Positions 1 through 14,312 of a stretch of 47,607 nt of DNA are shown here, one piece after another. The notes beneath the pieces were generated by a model. The model did no database searches and was not told the DNA's origin. It worked only from the letters and a program-made list of their open reading frames with translations. The stretch is from Bigelowiella natans CCMP2755 (Eukaryota > Protista > Cercozoa), in NCBI GenBank assembly GCA_000320545.1, contig ADNK01001330.1:1-47607 (forward strand). The letters run 5' to 3'. The position numbers were made by a program, and so were the translations under genes. The number at the start of each line of letters is the position of its first letter. Positions within the stretch are counted from its first letter, which is position 1.

Positions 1-100
1 TCAGCACCTCTTATAGTTGGGTGCGATGGGAAGAATCATCCGACCCCTGAGGTCATTCATCGTCCGGCAGCTGGCGACATATAATGGACGATGCCCAAGA

Positions 101-117
101 AGTAGTAGTGGTAGCAG

Positions 118-150
<33 letters not shown>

Positions 151-165
151 GAGTAGGAGTAGTAG
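101..165. repeat. (AGT)n / (AGGAGT)n microsatellite
   Basis: Directly visible. Confidence 0.95.
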
Positions 166-269
166 AACCAACCATCCAACCAACAACAAATATTCGATAC
201 GCACGTAGCGCTCTCCTATCGCAATTGTAAAGGATAGACATATGTGTGTTTTGTGGAAGCTAGCCCTGT

Positions 270-272
<3 letters not shown>

Positions 273-323
<51 letters not shown>
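273..323. repeat. (AT)n microsatellite; similar tracts lie near 10729, 11265, 21810, 35121, 35198, 35979, 36094, 37180 and 39017
   Basis: Directly visible. Confidence 0.95.
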
Positions 324-327
<4 letters not shown>

Positions 328-418
328 TACCGTAATCATTGTACGTGTTCACGACGGTGGCGGCGATGGTGAAGATGATGAATAAAAATCATCATCAATA
401 TGTTGTGGTCGTCGTCCT

Positions 419-2070
419 TTAGTGCACACGCCTACGCTTCTTCGCGAGTGCCTGCTCCTCTTGGGCCATTAACGCAATTTGGTACAACGCATTGCCCTCC
501 TGGGTGTTGCCTCTACTCATTTTCTCCACTGGCATTGATGGTGGTGAATCCATGCCACATCGTGATGATGAAGTAGTAGCAGTGGTAAACGATAACCGTT
601 CCCCAGGAAAAATTTCATCTCCTCTCCGCCGAATGCGCTTACTTGCTGATACTAGAGCACCAACTTGAAGGCGAGGATCGGTGAAGTTCTCTGTTTTAAT
701 CGTCGTTTCCTTGGTTTCTGTGCCTCTTCTCCGTGATGATGATGAGGCTGACGATGATGATAATAATGATGACCCAAGGCCGGGTCTAGTGCTGAGGAAG
801 ACCTCTTGGTTGGGCGTTTTAACTTCGCGGTGGTGATCCAATGAGAGCGTGTAGTCCCACTTCCTGGATTGAACTGGTAGCTGGTGCGTGCTGATCGTTC
901 TTCCCACACCATTCATTGGCATCTGTGTCGTTGTGCTGGCTCGAAGGCTCTTCGAGATACAAGTGAAGGATGTGTTCATTATCAGTATGGAAGTGTTTTG
1001 ATCGCCATGATACCGTCGTTTTGGTTGAACTAAGGTGGAGAGCCGATGCGCTTCACGAAGCTCCGGGGTGCAGGTGACTCTAATAGGATCTCCCTGTAAG
1101 AATGATGCCAAAGTCATGAAATTAGGAACGTTTTGTTTCTCACTTACTCCTTACGATTACATGATTTAAAATGTAGTATCGTATGTGTGACACTCCAAGT
1201 TTAAAGTACTAAGAGGAGTGCGGAAAGGAAACACTGTGCAAGGTGTTGATGAGAAATAGATTATGCCTCCGCAGAATGTCCGCCAACCCCCCCACCCCCC
1301 CCCTACTTTTCCCAAAATAATTAGTTCCAGAATTTGTACCTCTTCATCCACGTACCACATGGTAACTTCAAAGGAAGATCGCTTTGAAGGGTGGAACTCA
1401 GCCAGAATGGCTTCCTTCACATTCGCAAAGGTGAGTTGGTCCGTAGGAATACTGATGACACACTTCTCGCCCATGTTGTTAATTTCCATCCGAACGACAG
1501 GGCCTTGATTCCCATTGCTATTGTAAGGATGCTGGTCGTGAGTTTCTGATGATCCCGCTGATGAAGATCCGATTTCCAGTTTTGTCATACTTGCGGATCT
1601 GCGAGGCAAGATAGGGAGAAACATTAGTAATGAAATACGTGGTGAAAAGGTGAATATATAATTTATTACTCCGTTGACGTCTCGCTTTTGACGCTTTCTG
1701 TTCCATTTTCTGAACCACCGCCTTGTTGCAATTCAGCCATGGCGCACAGTGCTAACGCAACTGAATCAGAGTTCTCCTTCTTGCGCCCTTTGAGCTCAAT
1801 GACTTTGGCCGTAAGCTCTTTTATCTTTTTTTCAAGGCTCTCAACATATACCTTCTTCCTGCGACGACTCTGTCGCGCAAGCTCCGCTTTGCGTGCCAAT
1901 CTTGAAAAATTCACAACAAATACAAATATTAATGATGCAATGCATGTTGGCGTCTAATCCATATCATGCTCATACTGGCATATTGGATCTAAGTTAACCC
2001 TCAACAGGTTCCCAACAATTCCTTCTGTCTAAATCAAAAACCTGCGTTTAATCTTTTCCTCTTGTGACAT
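419..2070 (-). CDS. bZIP transcription factor with PB1 domain (4+ exons: ~2070-2042, 1900-1670, 1598-1340, 1093-419; the true start may lie further upstream)
   Basis: Spliced basic region/zipper MSQEEKIKRRLARKAELARQSRRRKKVYVESLEKKIKELTAKVIEL. PB1-type segment ...FANVKEAILAEF...TMWYVDEE|GDPIRVTCTPELREA, with the acidic OPCA motif joined across a GT-AG intron. Intron phases are compatible. Confidence 0.85.
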
Positions 2071-3808
2071 CAGAAACGAGTCAGGATCCTTATTAGTAGT
2101 TCTTTCCAGGCGGGACAACTTCTGCTGAGAGATTGCTCCGGAAATTTGATGCGCGTCTTGGGTTTTGCTTACCCAGTTGCCTGTTGATCCCCAATAGTTA
2201 GTAGATACCCGTAGAATCTACCGCTCCTTTATGCAGTTGTATGGAAGGGTGCGGGGACGTGGTTGCCTACGTGCAGTTGGTTCTTGCACAGAGGCCGGAT
2301 CGCGTCTTCACTGACAGCGGGATTGCTATTTTTTAGCAATTTATTTCATCATTTCTCATTGCTCAATCACGATAAACTAGATGATTTGTTCATGGAAATA
2401 CAATTTTTTTTTGTCGTTAGATGGTTCGGGCCGTTGATATTTTTAGACGAAAAAATCGGAGAGTAATCCTTGGTAAGAAAACTCATCAGGTTGGATCTTT
2501 TAGCTACAAACTCTCTCAGTGATGACCTAAAAAATCAGAAACAATTATGATATGTGCTATTAAGTATATTAAAATTATTGTCGTATATAACAATCACCAC
2601 TAGAAATAGGTTTTCCATCTGAAACTTTGAGAAGCTACTAATGTTGAAGCGTGGCCTCGTAACTGGTTTCTATTACCCGAAAAGTCCTGCATTACAGATC
2701 AGCGAAGCTACACATGAAGAGATCTTGTAATGTACATTTTTTGGGGTAGCAAAGTTGTATTTACATGGACAATACTTCTTTATTTTAAATATATTCCCAA
2801 AAATTGATAAATCTGAAGTAAAATAACACAATGTCTTCTAACTTTCCTTCTACATTACGCTTATAAATCGGAACTTCTTGAAGCGAAATCTAATGCTTTT
2901 TGTCTCATTTTCCTTTATGTGAAATTTTGTACCAATATTGCGCATTACGACATCAGAGAAGTGCAGGTGATTGCGGGGGAGGTTACCAATAAACAGAGTA
3001 TAATTCAGATTTCTGATATCCATGATATTGATCTGACTTCGGTTTATGCATTTAGTTTATTCTAATTTTACTCCTTCAACGACAGATTTATGATAAAATA
3101 TAATAAATTAAAAAATATATATCTAGAAATAATAATCGTATTCAAATTATTCTTCGGAAAATTAGGGTATCATCTTTCCCGATATTTTTCATCCCTGTAT
3201 ACACCTTAAAAAACCGGTATTCGAGAGGAATGGGGGTACCTTTCATTCGGGCATGCTTTAGTTTTTTTAAATCTGTGGTTCGAACGAAATCTACAGGTGT
3301 AGGAAATTAGGAAATTGGACTTTGGTTTCATGTCGCATAGGTTTGATCTGGGATATAAATATTATTATTGAAAGTAAAGTTTTGACTTAATTATTTCCAT
3401 GAAAGGTTTTGTCGTTACAAAAAATCACAACTCATTTTTATTTTAAAAACATACCGCAAAATTATTTTCCATGTATTCAGCTTCAAGATACGTCTACGTC
3501 AACTCTGATACAAATTCTCCGATATTACTTTTTACAGGTTGTATGTTCTGAAAGAAGTGTATTCTCATCATTTTTAAAGGTGTTCTGGTTAAAATATCTG
3601 AAAACTCCATGTAAAGAAAGTCACCTTATTCTGGAAAATATCTTAAAGATTTGTTGTATGTATGGCGTTGTTTCCAAATCCCCGATCGATTTGTTCCGAT
3701 TTTGACAAGAGACCTATTTTATTTTTTCGGTCATTGTGCTTTCGCCTGCCGTGTCGAGGATTACAGACCCCCACTGCTCGAGCACGAAGATACTCGCTGT
3801 TTTTAGGG

Positions 3809-6558
3809 ATGATGCTCACTGTGTAAGTCCAAATTTCCTTCGTTAACCTAGTCGAAATAGGGGATAGTTTCTTACGTGGGTGATGTAGATTAATCCGAAG
3901 ATTCTTGTTGGAGAAGACAGAGGTGTGAATTGTGATAAAGATTCTCTTGCTTTTAATTCTGAATCAGTGCTGCAATCACTCTAATTCTGGGTTCGGTGGT
4001 ACTCGCGGGACTTTTTGCTCTCGCCTACACCCTAGATGTCGCATCGATACAGCTTGACAGCGTAGGAAAGGGTGGCGATGAGGTTGAGATGAAACTTGTT
4101 CAGGGGAAGCCTGAGATTAAGTTTAGCCTCATCCGTAACTATGAGCTTATCAAGAACGGTGCCAACTCATTTCTATTCAGAGAGTATCAATACATGGCTG
4201 TATTTATCGTTGGTTTTGCTGCCCTCCTGGTTGTAGTCCTCGGAACTGGCCATAGTTGGGCTGCTGGAATCTTCTCCGCCATATCATTTGTGGCAGGATC
4301 TCTAACCTCCATCCTTTCCGGGTACATTGGAATGAGTATTGCTGTATTCTCCAATGCACGTACCACCGTTAAATGCGTTGATAGCATCGGTGCTGGATTT
4401 AACACTGCTTTCAAGGCTGGTTCCGTGATGGGTTTTGCCCTGGTCGCTTCCAGCATTCTGGTTCTATTCATTATCGTAGAATGCTATGCGCTCTACTTTA
4501 AGGACGCCTTCACGAACAAGGATTCGATGTACAACACGCGTATGATGTACGAAGCCATCGCTGGGTATGGACTGGGTGGGTCCTCTATCGCTATGTTTGG
4601 TCGTGTTGGAGGCGGAATCTACACGAAGGCTGCCGATGTCGGAGCAGACCTTGCAGGAAAAGTAGAGGCTGGCTGGGACGAAGACGATCCAAGGAACCCT
4701 GCTGTCATCGCTGATAACGTCGGAGATAACGTTGGAGACATTGCTGGCATGGGAGCTGACCTCTTTGGCTCGCTTGCTGAGTCTAGCTGCGCTGCTATGG
4801 TTATTGCATCCCAGAGCGAGGTCCTCCAGAAAGAATGGGCCTACATGGCATTTCCCATGATCCTCATGTCTGCTGGAATCATCGTGTGTTTCCTCACCAC
4901 CTTCCTTGCCACCCACATCAACCCAGTTAAAGACATGCAAGGCGTCGAACCAGTTCTCATGGCTCAACTCATCATGTCTACTATCCTGATGACCCCTGCC
5001 GCCTACGTGGTCTGCTACTTCTTCCTTCCACCTGTGTTTGACGTCCCAGGGAAGGAAGGCATTACATACTGGGCTGTATTTATCTGTGTGGCTTCTGGTC
5101 TCTGGGCTGGCCTTGCCATCGGAAAGCTTACCGAATACTACACTTCTAACGCCTATCAGCCGGTTAAGGATGTGGCAATGTCGTGTGCTCAGGGTGGTGC
5201 GGCCCCCAACATCATTTACGGCCTTGCACTTGGATACAAGAGCTGTGTTTACTCGGTTATACTGCTTGCACTCAACATTTTCATCTCCTACGCGCTGGCA
5301 CACATGTTTGGCGTTGCGGTCTCCGCTCTCGGCGTTCTTTCCACCCTGGCCACAGGACTTACCATCGACGCGTATGGCCCTATCACAGACAATGCCGGTG
5401 GAATTGCAGAGATGTCTGGATTCCCTGAATTTGTTCGCGAGCGCACTGACAAGCTTGACGCTGCCGGAAACACCACTGCTGCAATCGGAAAAGGATTTGC
5501 CATTTCCTCCGCTGCCATGGTGTCCCTTGCTCTATTCGGAGCATTCGTGGACACTGTCGGCCTAACGTCTGTCGATCTTCTAGAACCGTTGCAATTTGCA
5601 GGGCTTCTTGTAGGGGCCATGATTCCGTATTGGTTCAGTGCTATGACGATGAAATCAGTAGGAATGGCTGCCAATGCAATGGTGGAAGAGGTCCGTCGTC
5701 AGGTGAAGGAACTGAGAGGGAATGATTACGACGAGAAATCCAACGGCGGAGATGATGATCAATGGACCGTATTCAAGAGCGACATCGCGGAGGCAAAGCA
5801 CAATGTTGACTTCTGGAACAAAGAAGTAACTCGTCTGCAGAAGGAAAACGAAAAGAAGGAATCTGAAGATGGAGTCGCTGCTCCGCCTGCTGAGAAATAC
5901 GCGGCCTGCATAAAGATTGCTACGGATGCGTCCCTCCAAGAGATGATCCCCCCTGGCTGCTTGGTTATTTTCACCCCTATCATCGTTGGCTTCTTCTTTG
6001 GAGTGCAAGCTCTCGCTGGACTTCTCGCCGGCTCGCTCGTGTCCTCGGTGCAAATGGCGATTTCTGCTTCTAACTCAGGTGGCGCATGGGATAATGCAAA
6101 GAAGTACATCAGTGGACAGAATCTCTACGTTGATTACAATGGCAAGCCAAGGCAAATCGTCAAGAAGACCAAGATTTACCACGAGGTAAGGATAACTGAC
6201 TTTTTAACCTTGACTAAATTAGAATACTTTAGTCTCGTTAGTAGTCCCCTCACTAACTGGTTGTTGTTCATTCTCTTTTCTTAACTGCGTTTTCACAGGT
6301 GCATAATGCTTCTGTAATTGGAGATACCGTAGGCGATCCATTGAAGGATACCTCTGGTCCTGCCCTCAACATCGTCATGAAGGTAATTTCTTTACATTGA
6401 GATGTGGAGGTGGTGAGGTGATTAGGTGATGCAATTACTGATTTTTCCCAATTTATTTTGTTCAGCTCATGGCCATTATTTCTCTTGTTTTCGGCCCATC
6501 GTTCCCAAGCATTGAGAAGGGCGGTTTGATTGCACAGGCTTTCAAGAAATTTGCATAG
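3809..6558 (+). CDS. AVP1: Membrane-bound H+-translocating pyrophosphatase, K+-dependent (type I, AVP1-like); exons 3809-3822, 3968-6185, 6299-6382, 6466-6558
   Basis: Motifs [62 protein letters not shown] (Ala at the K+-dependence position), [23 protein letters not shown]. Many transmembrane helices; canonical splice sites. Confidence 0.97.
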
Positions 6559-7643
6559 ATTTGAAATAATCTCGCTGCATGATATATGCCATTGCGCACC
6601 CAAGTTTTTGTGTTTAACTGTGGCAAACTTTGGATGTTTATCAAGCAAAACTGGAAGTTTTATGCATCTACTTACATGTCCTAAATGTGCAAACACGGAC
6701 ATGTGGTATACAGTGAAATATGTACATCAATACACACACACACACACACACACATATGTGCACACATCTACATGTAATAATGTCTGCCCAGCTATATAGC
6801 ATGTAGTCACGTCTAAACGTAACGTGCTGCTAGCGTAGAAGCTTCTCGCTAAAGGCGCTACCCATGGACACCTGCATTTTTGCGCGTGTGTCAGACATGT
6901 AGACATGGTGTAGCCCTAACTAACTAAGACCTATCGTGTCGGACTATATATATCGTGCTGCATGGCGTGTAATACTAGAGTAGCCTATTCTGGTATTGTG
7001 AGCTTGGATTATAGCTGTACAGCATCGATCGTCCCATCGTCGATCTAGAGCGCTATGCTGTAGCACATCTGCTAGATCTAGAGATGCATGTACGCCGGAA
7101 GCAACACGACATGTACGTAGATCGCGCTAGCGCGCATCGCATGCCATGATGGATTCATGCAGCTATACCATGCGAAGTCACAAAGTGACGTACGCAACAA
7201 AGTGTGGCACATCTAGACATGGACACATGTGTGGAAATATGCCAACATGTGCCACACGATACATGCATGAACCATGGTAAATAAGAAACGAAAGAACTGA
7301 TGTGGCGAATTAGGCATACAAGCTTAGAGACACGTATGTGATATATGCAGATATATACTTTATCTCTTAGGCCAATGCACAATTAATTCTAGCATCATTA
7401 TAGATTCTAGATAGACCAACCTCTGACCATGATCGGGGTCGTGTATACAGGCGTGGCGCTACCGCGGAGCCACCTCCGCTGATCCGCACATCACATTTTC
7501 GCGTGGCCCGCACAGCTAAATTATAGCTATGCGCCATATATTGGCATGGTAACTAAATACATTTATTTGCTTGCGAAAATATTTAACCATATCATTATGG
7601 GATCCGTCTCATACATTCGCTCGCCAGTTATGTATCAAATCGA

Positions 7644-9318
<1,675 letters not shown>

Positions 9319-10001
9319 TGTTAGATCTATGCTTGTATTGCAAGATGGAAGTTGGAACTTTCGCACTTCAATATCAGTCCAGAGAATTAAGGTAAATATA
9401 AAGGAATAGCAGTCAACGACAGGTTGAATATGGTACAAACGCCTCCGATTGCAGGCGTGAGGCTCTTGTGCTTTGTTGGAAGTTGGAAAGAACTTCTGAC
9501 ATAGGATGAGTGAGATTTCGAGCGAAATATGCAAGAAGTATGATGTCGCACTTAGAAAAGAAAGATAATTAACAGCGGAGTTCTCCGCCACGAGAACGTT
9601 GTCCCCCTACAAAGTTGTTCGCGCGTCGCCACACTGGCAAAAGAGAAGCAGTTGTGTGTGTAAATGCCGGGATTCGCGGGAAAAATATTAGCGACAATCA
9701 CACTCATTGGCTATTTTTCAATGAGACATATCAATTATTAAATCCTGAGTCATTTTCAATGGCATTTTGTGAATTGAAAATTGGGTTTTGTTCGAAATTT
9801 GCTGCATTTAAGACGGAAGAAGGCAAACGTCTACATCGTACACCCCTCCCCCCTCTTGAGTGCTCGGCCAGTGTAATTCCCACCCATCCAGATGTTACAC
9901 ATATGTGGTGATTGAAAAGTTAAAACTGTATTGAATGAGATGGTGATAGTGTACACGCTCCAGTGCTCTACTTATCCAACGATGGGGCCACTCTGAACTT
10001 T

Positions 10002-10725
10002 ATGTTGTGCTTGACAGCTTTCTGTCTCATGACGCTGACAATCGGGCTGACCCTCCTTCTCTGCGTTCCCCAACTTGAGGCTGGTAGGTTGGCATGTGCA
10101 TGAGACATCAATTATCGTTCTTCATAATAAAGATTTATCTAAATATTCGTTATTAACTTACTTCTCGTTTGCAGCAACTGCCTTCTCGACAAGGACAAGA
10201 AGCCTGCCATATGCCTCACGCCTTCGAAGGTTTTTTTTCGCAATGAAAAATGCTATTTGTTGGCTTCGTGTTTTGATTATTTACTTTCCAACCCTCTCTC
10301 CGACCCGTAGAAATTCAGGCAAAGTTCACACAGAGAAACGGTGACTACTTACAAAACAATACCAATAACCTTCAGTAGCGATTATTTTCTCTTATTCTCT
10401 CTCAAACGCTTTTAAATACACATACATCAGTTCTACTCAAAGTCAAAGAGACCTGAGAACTCATGCAACTCTGGAAACACGACCAACAGAAATAGCAACA
10501 AAGGAGGAGCGTGGTGTGCGTGCATTGACATACCCTCTCGATGTGTTGGTGGTTGGTGGCGGCATTGGTGGTTTGACTCTTGCTAAAACTTTGAAGGTAG
10601 AAAGACTGCTACTACGCATTTGTATATGTGTTGCACTCCCTGATCCACATGTGATGGTACAAAAATGATATTATATAAAATTACACTCACAGAGACACAC
10701 TCGCACACATCTCTCTCTCTCTCTC

Positions 10726-10765
<40 letters not shown>

Positions 10766-11263
10766 GTAGAGAGAGAAGGGGAGGAGAAGAGAATATGAAA
10801 TTCACTGGCATAAATAAATAATTGTACTATCTTTGACAGATGGCAGGTGCTGACGTCAGAGTCACAGAGCGTGCCGATCTAGAGGTCCAACACCTACAAA
10901 TACCGCTAACGACGACGAACAGAACTCCACTCACTGCCACTTTGAAAAATACATCGAAAGGACAAAGAATGGAGATGACGCCTTCTGGCTTAGTTTCCCT
11001 TCCTAATATCAATTTACATAATATTATTGACACCTTTCCCCACCTCCCGCAGACGATTAAGCTGCGCGCGGCTGGGGGTCCGATTCAGTTGGCGAGCAAC
11101 GCCCTTGGAGTTCTCCGGAAGATTGACTCTGACCTGTACGAGAAGATTCAAGATATGTGCACCATCACTGGACTACGAACCAACGGTCTCAAGGACGGGA
11201 AAACCGGAGATTGGTGAGAGAGAGGGGGGGGGGGGTGGACGGGATGGAGTATCTCCTCCTGCA

Positions 11264-11301
<38 letters not shown>

Positions 11302-12268
11302 CTTTTGATTATGCAGTCGCCAATCAGAATAAGCTTCTCTCTACGAGAATTTGCGCCCAGCGAGCCACTAGGAGTCTCATTCCTAATGTTTAACCCCCAC
11401 ACACTTCTTAGGTACCTAAAATTTGACACAAAAACTCCTGCATCAAAGAGACAGCTTCCGCCTACAGCCGTTATTGACCGGCCGGATCTGCAGCAGGTAA
11501 CAGTAATCTGAAGGGATGATGTCGACCAAATTGTGGATATGATGAAAAGAGTGCGTCGTGTGTACATAAACGAATGTCGTGAGAGTATCGACGGGCATTT
11601 ATTCCCAATCTGCTGCATTCCCCCCTCTGTTTTCATCTTTTCTTCTTAGTTGCTGATCGACGACCTGGAGGGTAGGGTTGACTGCGGCCGTACGATGGTG
11701 CAATACCAAAACCTCCCCAATGGCAAGGTGGAGGTGCTGTATACTGACGGGTCTAAGGAGACAGCTGACCTCGTGGTACTTACTTTCTACTGCGTTAGCA
11801 AACAGCAGCAGCAGCAGCAGTTTTGTACGTGGTTGCAGTTTTCAATAATAATAAGATAGTTTCTGAGGCTTGGGAGTGTTAAATTATGCGGGGATTTTGA
11901 CTCCATTTTTCGTGTCTGTCTCAAAGCGAAGTTGACATTTTTGTGTGCATTTCCCAATCCTCCCTCCCCCTTCCCGCCGCCCCTTGGAAGATTGGTGCAG
12001 ATGGTATCTGGTCACAAGTGCGAGCTCAAATGCACATGGAGAAGCGCATGCAGGCAACGTACTCAGGGTTCAAGGTTTTTGCTGGTATCTGCGACTTCAC
12101 ACCTCAGGACATCTCGGAAGTTGGCTACAAGGTGATGATGAGACGATGATGCCGCTGCTTGTTGATGCTGTGGTGGAAGAAGCGACGGTTTTGCACATTT
12201 GAAGCAGAGTGGAGAGTGATGGTTGAGCGTGGCTTCCTCCATGCGACCACTCATTATTATAAATCTAA

Positions 12269-12310
<42 letters not shown>

Positions 12311-12848
12311 TTATGCAACTCAACTTGGGGGGCGTGTGCGTAGGTTTTCATGGGAAAGAAGAAATACTTCGTCGCCACTGACATTGGACGTGGCCGCATT
12401 CAGTGGTAGTTAATAGTAATATGTATGTTAAGTGTAGCAAGAGCAGGATATGTGGTCATCTAGGGTACAATATCATCACACGGTGATGTCAACAATCCCT
12501 GCCGAGATGTGTCGTTCTTCTTCTCACTCCCCACTCCAACTTTCAAAGGTACGCATTTATTGGTGTGCCGGCCGAAGACGAGACACCAGAAGGGCAAGAA
12601 GCACTCAACTGGCTCGAGTGAGTAGTCGCAGCATACACACGCGTCTAATGTGTTGTGGTTTTATTTTTAAATGAGAAAAAAAAATAAAATATACTTGGAA
12701 AGCCTGACACTCTGTGCACTGGCAATCATAGTGAACATCATCACGCTTGATGTACGATTACTGCTGCATTGCTCTACATTGTAGGAATGACGTATTTGGT
12801 GAGTGGACAGACGAAGTTCGGAGCATCATCGGCGCGGTAACACAAACA

Positions 12849-12899
<51 letters not shown>

Positions 12900-13139
12900 G
12901 GGGGGGGAGGGAGATAAGGTTGATCGAGGAACCTAAACAGTAGGGCAAATCAAGATCAACCCTTTTTCTACATCCAGACGGAAGTTTCTCGTGTAGAAAG
13001 CCGTTCTCTCTATGATCGACCACCGCAAGTGTTAAAGGGTTGGTCAGAAGGCAACGTTGCACTTGTTGGCGACGCAATACATCCTATGATGCCTAATTTG
13101 GGCCAAGGGGGGTGAGTAAGCGCACCAATTCAGCTGATC

Positions 13140-13186
<47 letters not shown>

Positions 13187-13620
13187 ATATGTGTCTGTGT
13201 GAGTGTGTATGTGTGATTGCACGGCACAACACCGGGATGTCCGTATTGCATGACAAATGCTTCCGAACTTTCCGACCACCGCCTCTTATCGTCACGAATC
13301 ACATGAAGTCACTGTAAATCGGGATGCCCATGCCCACACATACATACATGTGAAGAATCATCCCAGCACCCCTTGCTTGGTTTCAACTTATTTGATTACT
13401 TTTGCGTTCCAGTTGCATGGCTATCGAGGACGCGTTCGTTCTGGCTGAGGAACTAGCTAAGATAGACAACAAGGCTCAGGTTAGCACAGCTCTGCAGAGG
13501 TATAGGCTAAGACGTCAAGTCCGCACTGCTGCCGTTCAAGGTCTCTCGAGATTTGGAGCTGAGATGCTTCTGCGCTTCTTCGACCACCCCTTTCGCATAG
13601 AGATGAAGGATGGTAAGTCT

Positions 13621-13652
<32 letters not shown>

Positions 13653-13950
13653 GTGTGAGGATACCCTTTCCTTCATAATAACCGTTTCTGGAGCTACCGA
13701 TCCAGTCACTGTTCAACACAGCATATTGTACATGTTTTTGATAGGATAGAAGCACAGGAATTGTGAGTAATCACTAAGCATGCTTACTTTTTGCATGGCA
13801 CACTCTCATTCTTTTTTTCTCTCGTCTACAGGCACGCCTCAGTTCGTTAACTTCGGATATTATGGGATACTCATGACCCTATGGAAGATTTTCGGTGTGT
13901 TAGATACTACATTCAAGCTTCAGTTCAACTACCTGTTTGAGGAACCATAA
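10002..13950 (+). CDS. ZEP: Zeaxanthin epoxidase-like FAD monooxygenase with bipartite plastid-targeting leader and no FHA domain (about 15 exons)
   Basis: [35 protein letters not shown]|[45 protein letters not shown]|CMAIEDA. N-terminus [27 protein letters not shown] is followed by an Arg/Ser/Thr-rich segment. Confidence 0.92.
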
Positions 13951-14312
13951 TCAAAGAAGGCAGCATTTCGTAGGCCATCTCTCTATCCGTTCACGCTGTC
14001 ACATATACTTGTCTGAATCGCAAGCGTCAAGTCCGTTCATCGACCGTCTGCCGCGCTGCATACATCTAATTGCCATTTGTAATCATGTATGAGATCGGCT
14101 AAATGCACCTTACTGACCCGTCGACAATCCAAAATTAAGTGGTTACAAGATACATATCAACAAACAACATTATTGCTACCCTACTTTCACTTGCACAGTG
14201 TGATCGATGGCTTGTGGCGATGTTGTGCATTGCATTGCTGATTGTTGGGATCGAAGTCTTAGTCGGCTAGCTAGCTAGCCGGCCTTACCAACAGTTGATC
14301 GAAAAACTTGTA

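Noticed and set aside
1-339. ORFs at the left edge
   Set aside because: Made of microsatellite translations; no supportable gene.
4187-6109. Long antisense and alternative-frame ORFs over the H+-PPase
   Set aside because: Shadows of a codon-biased coding exon.
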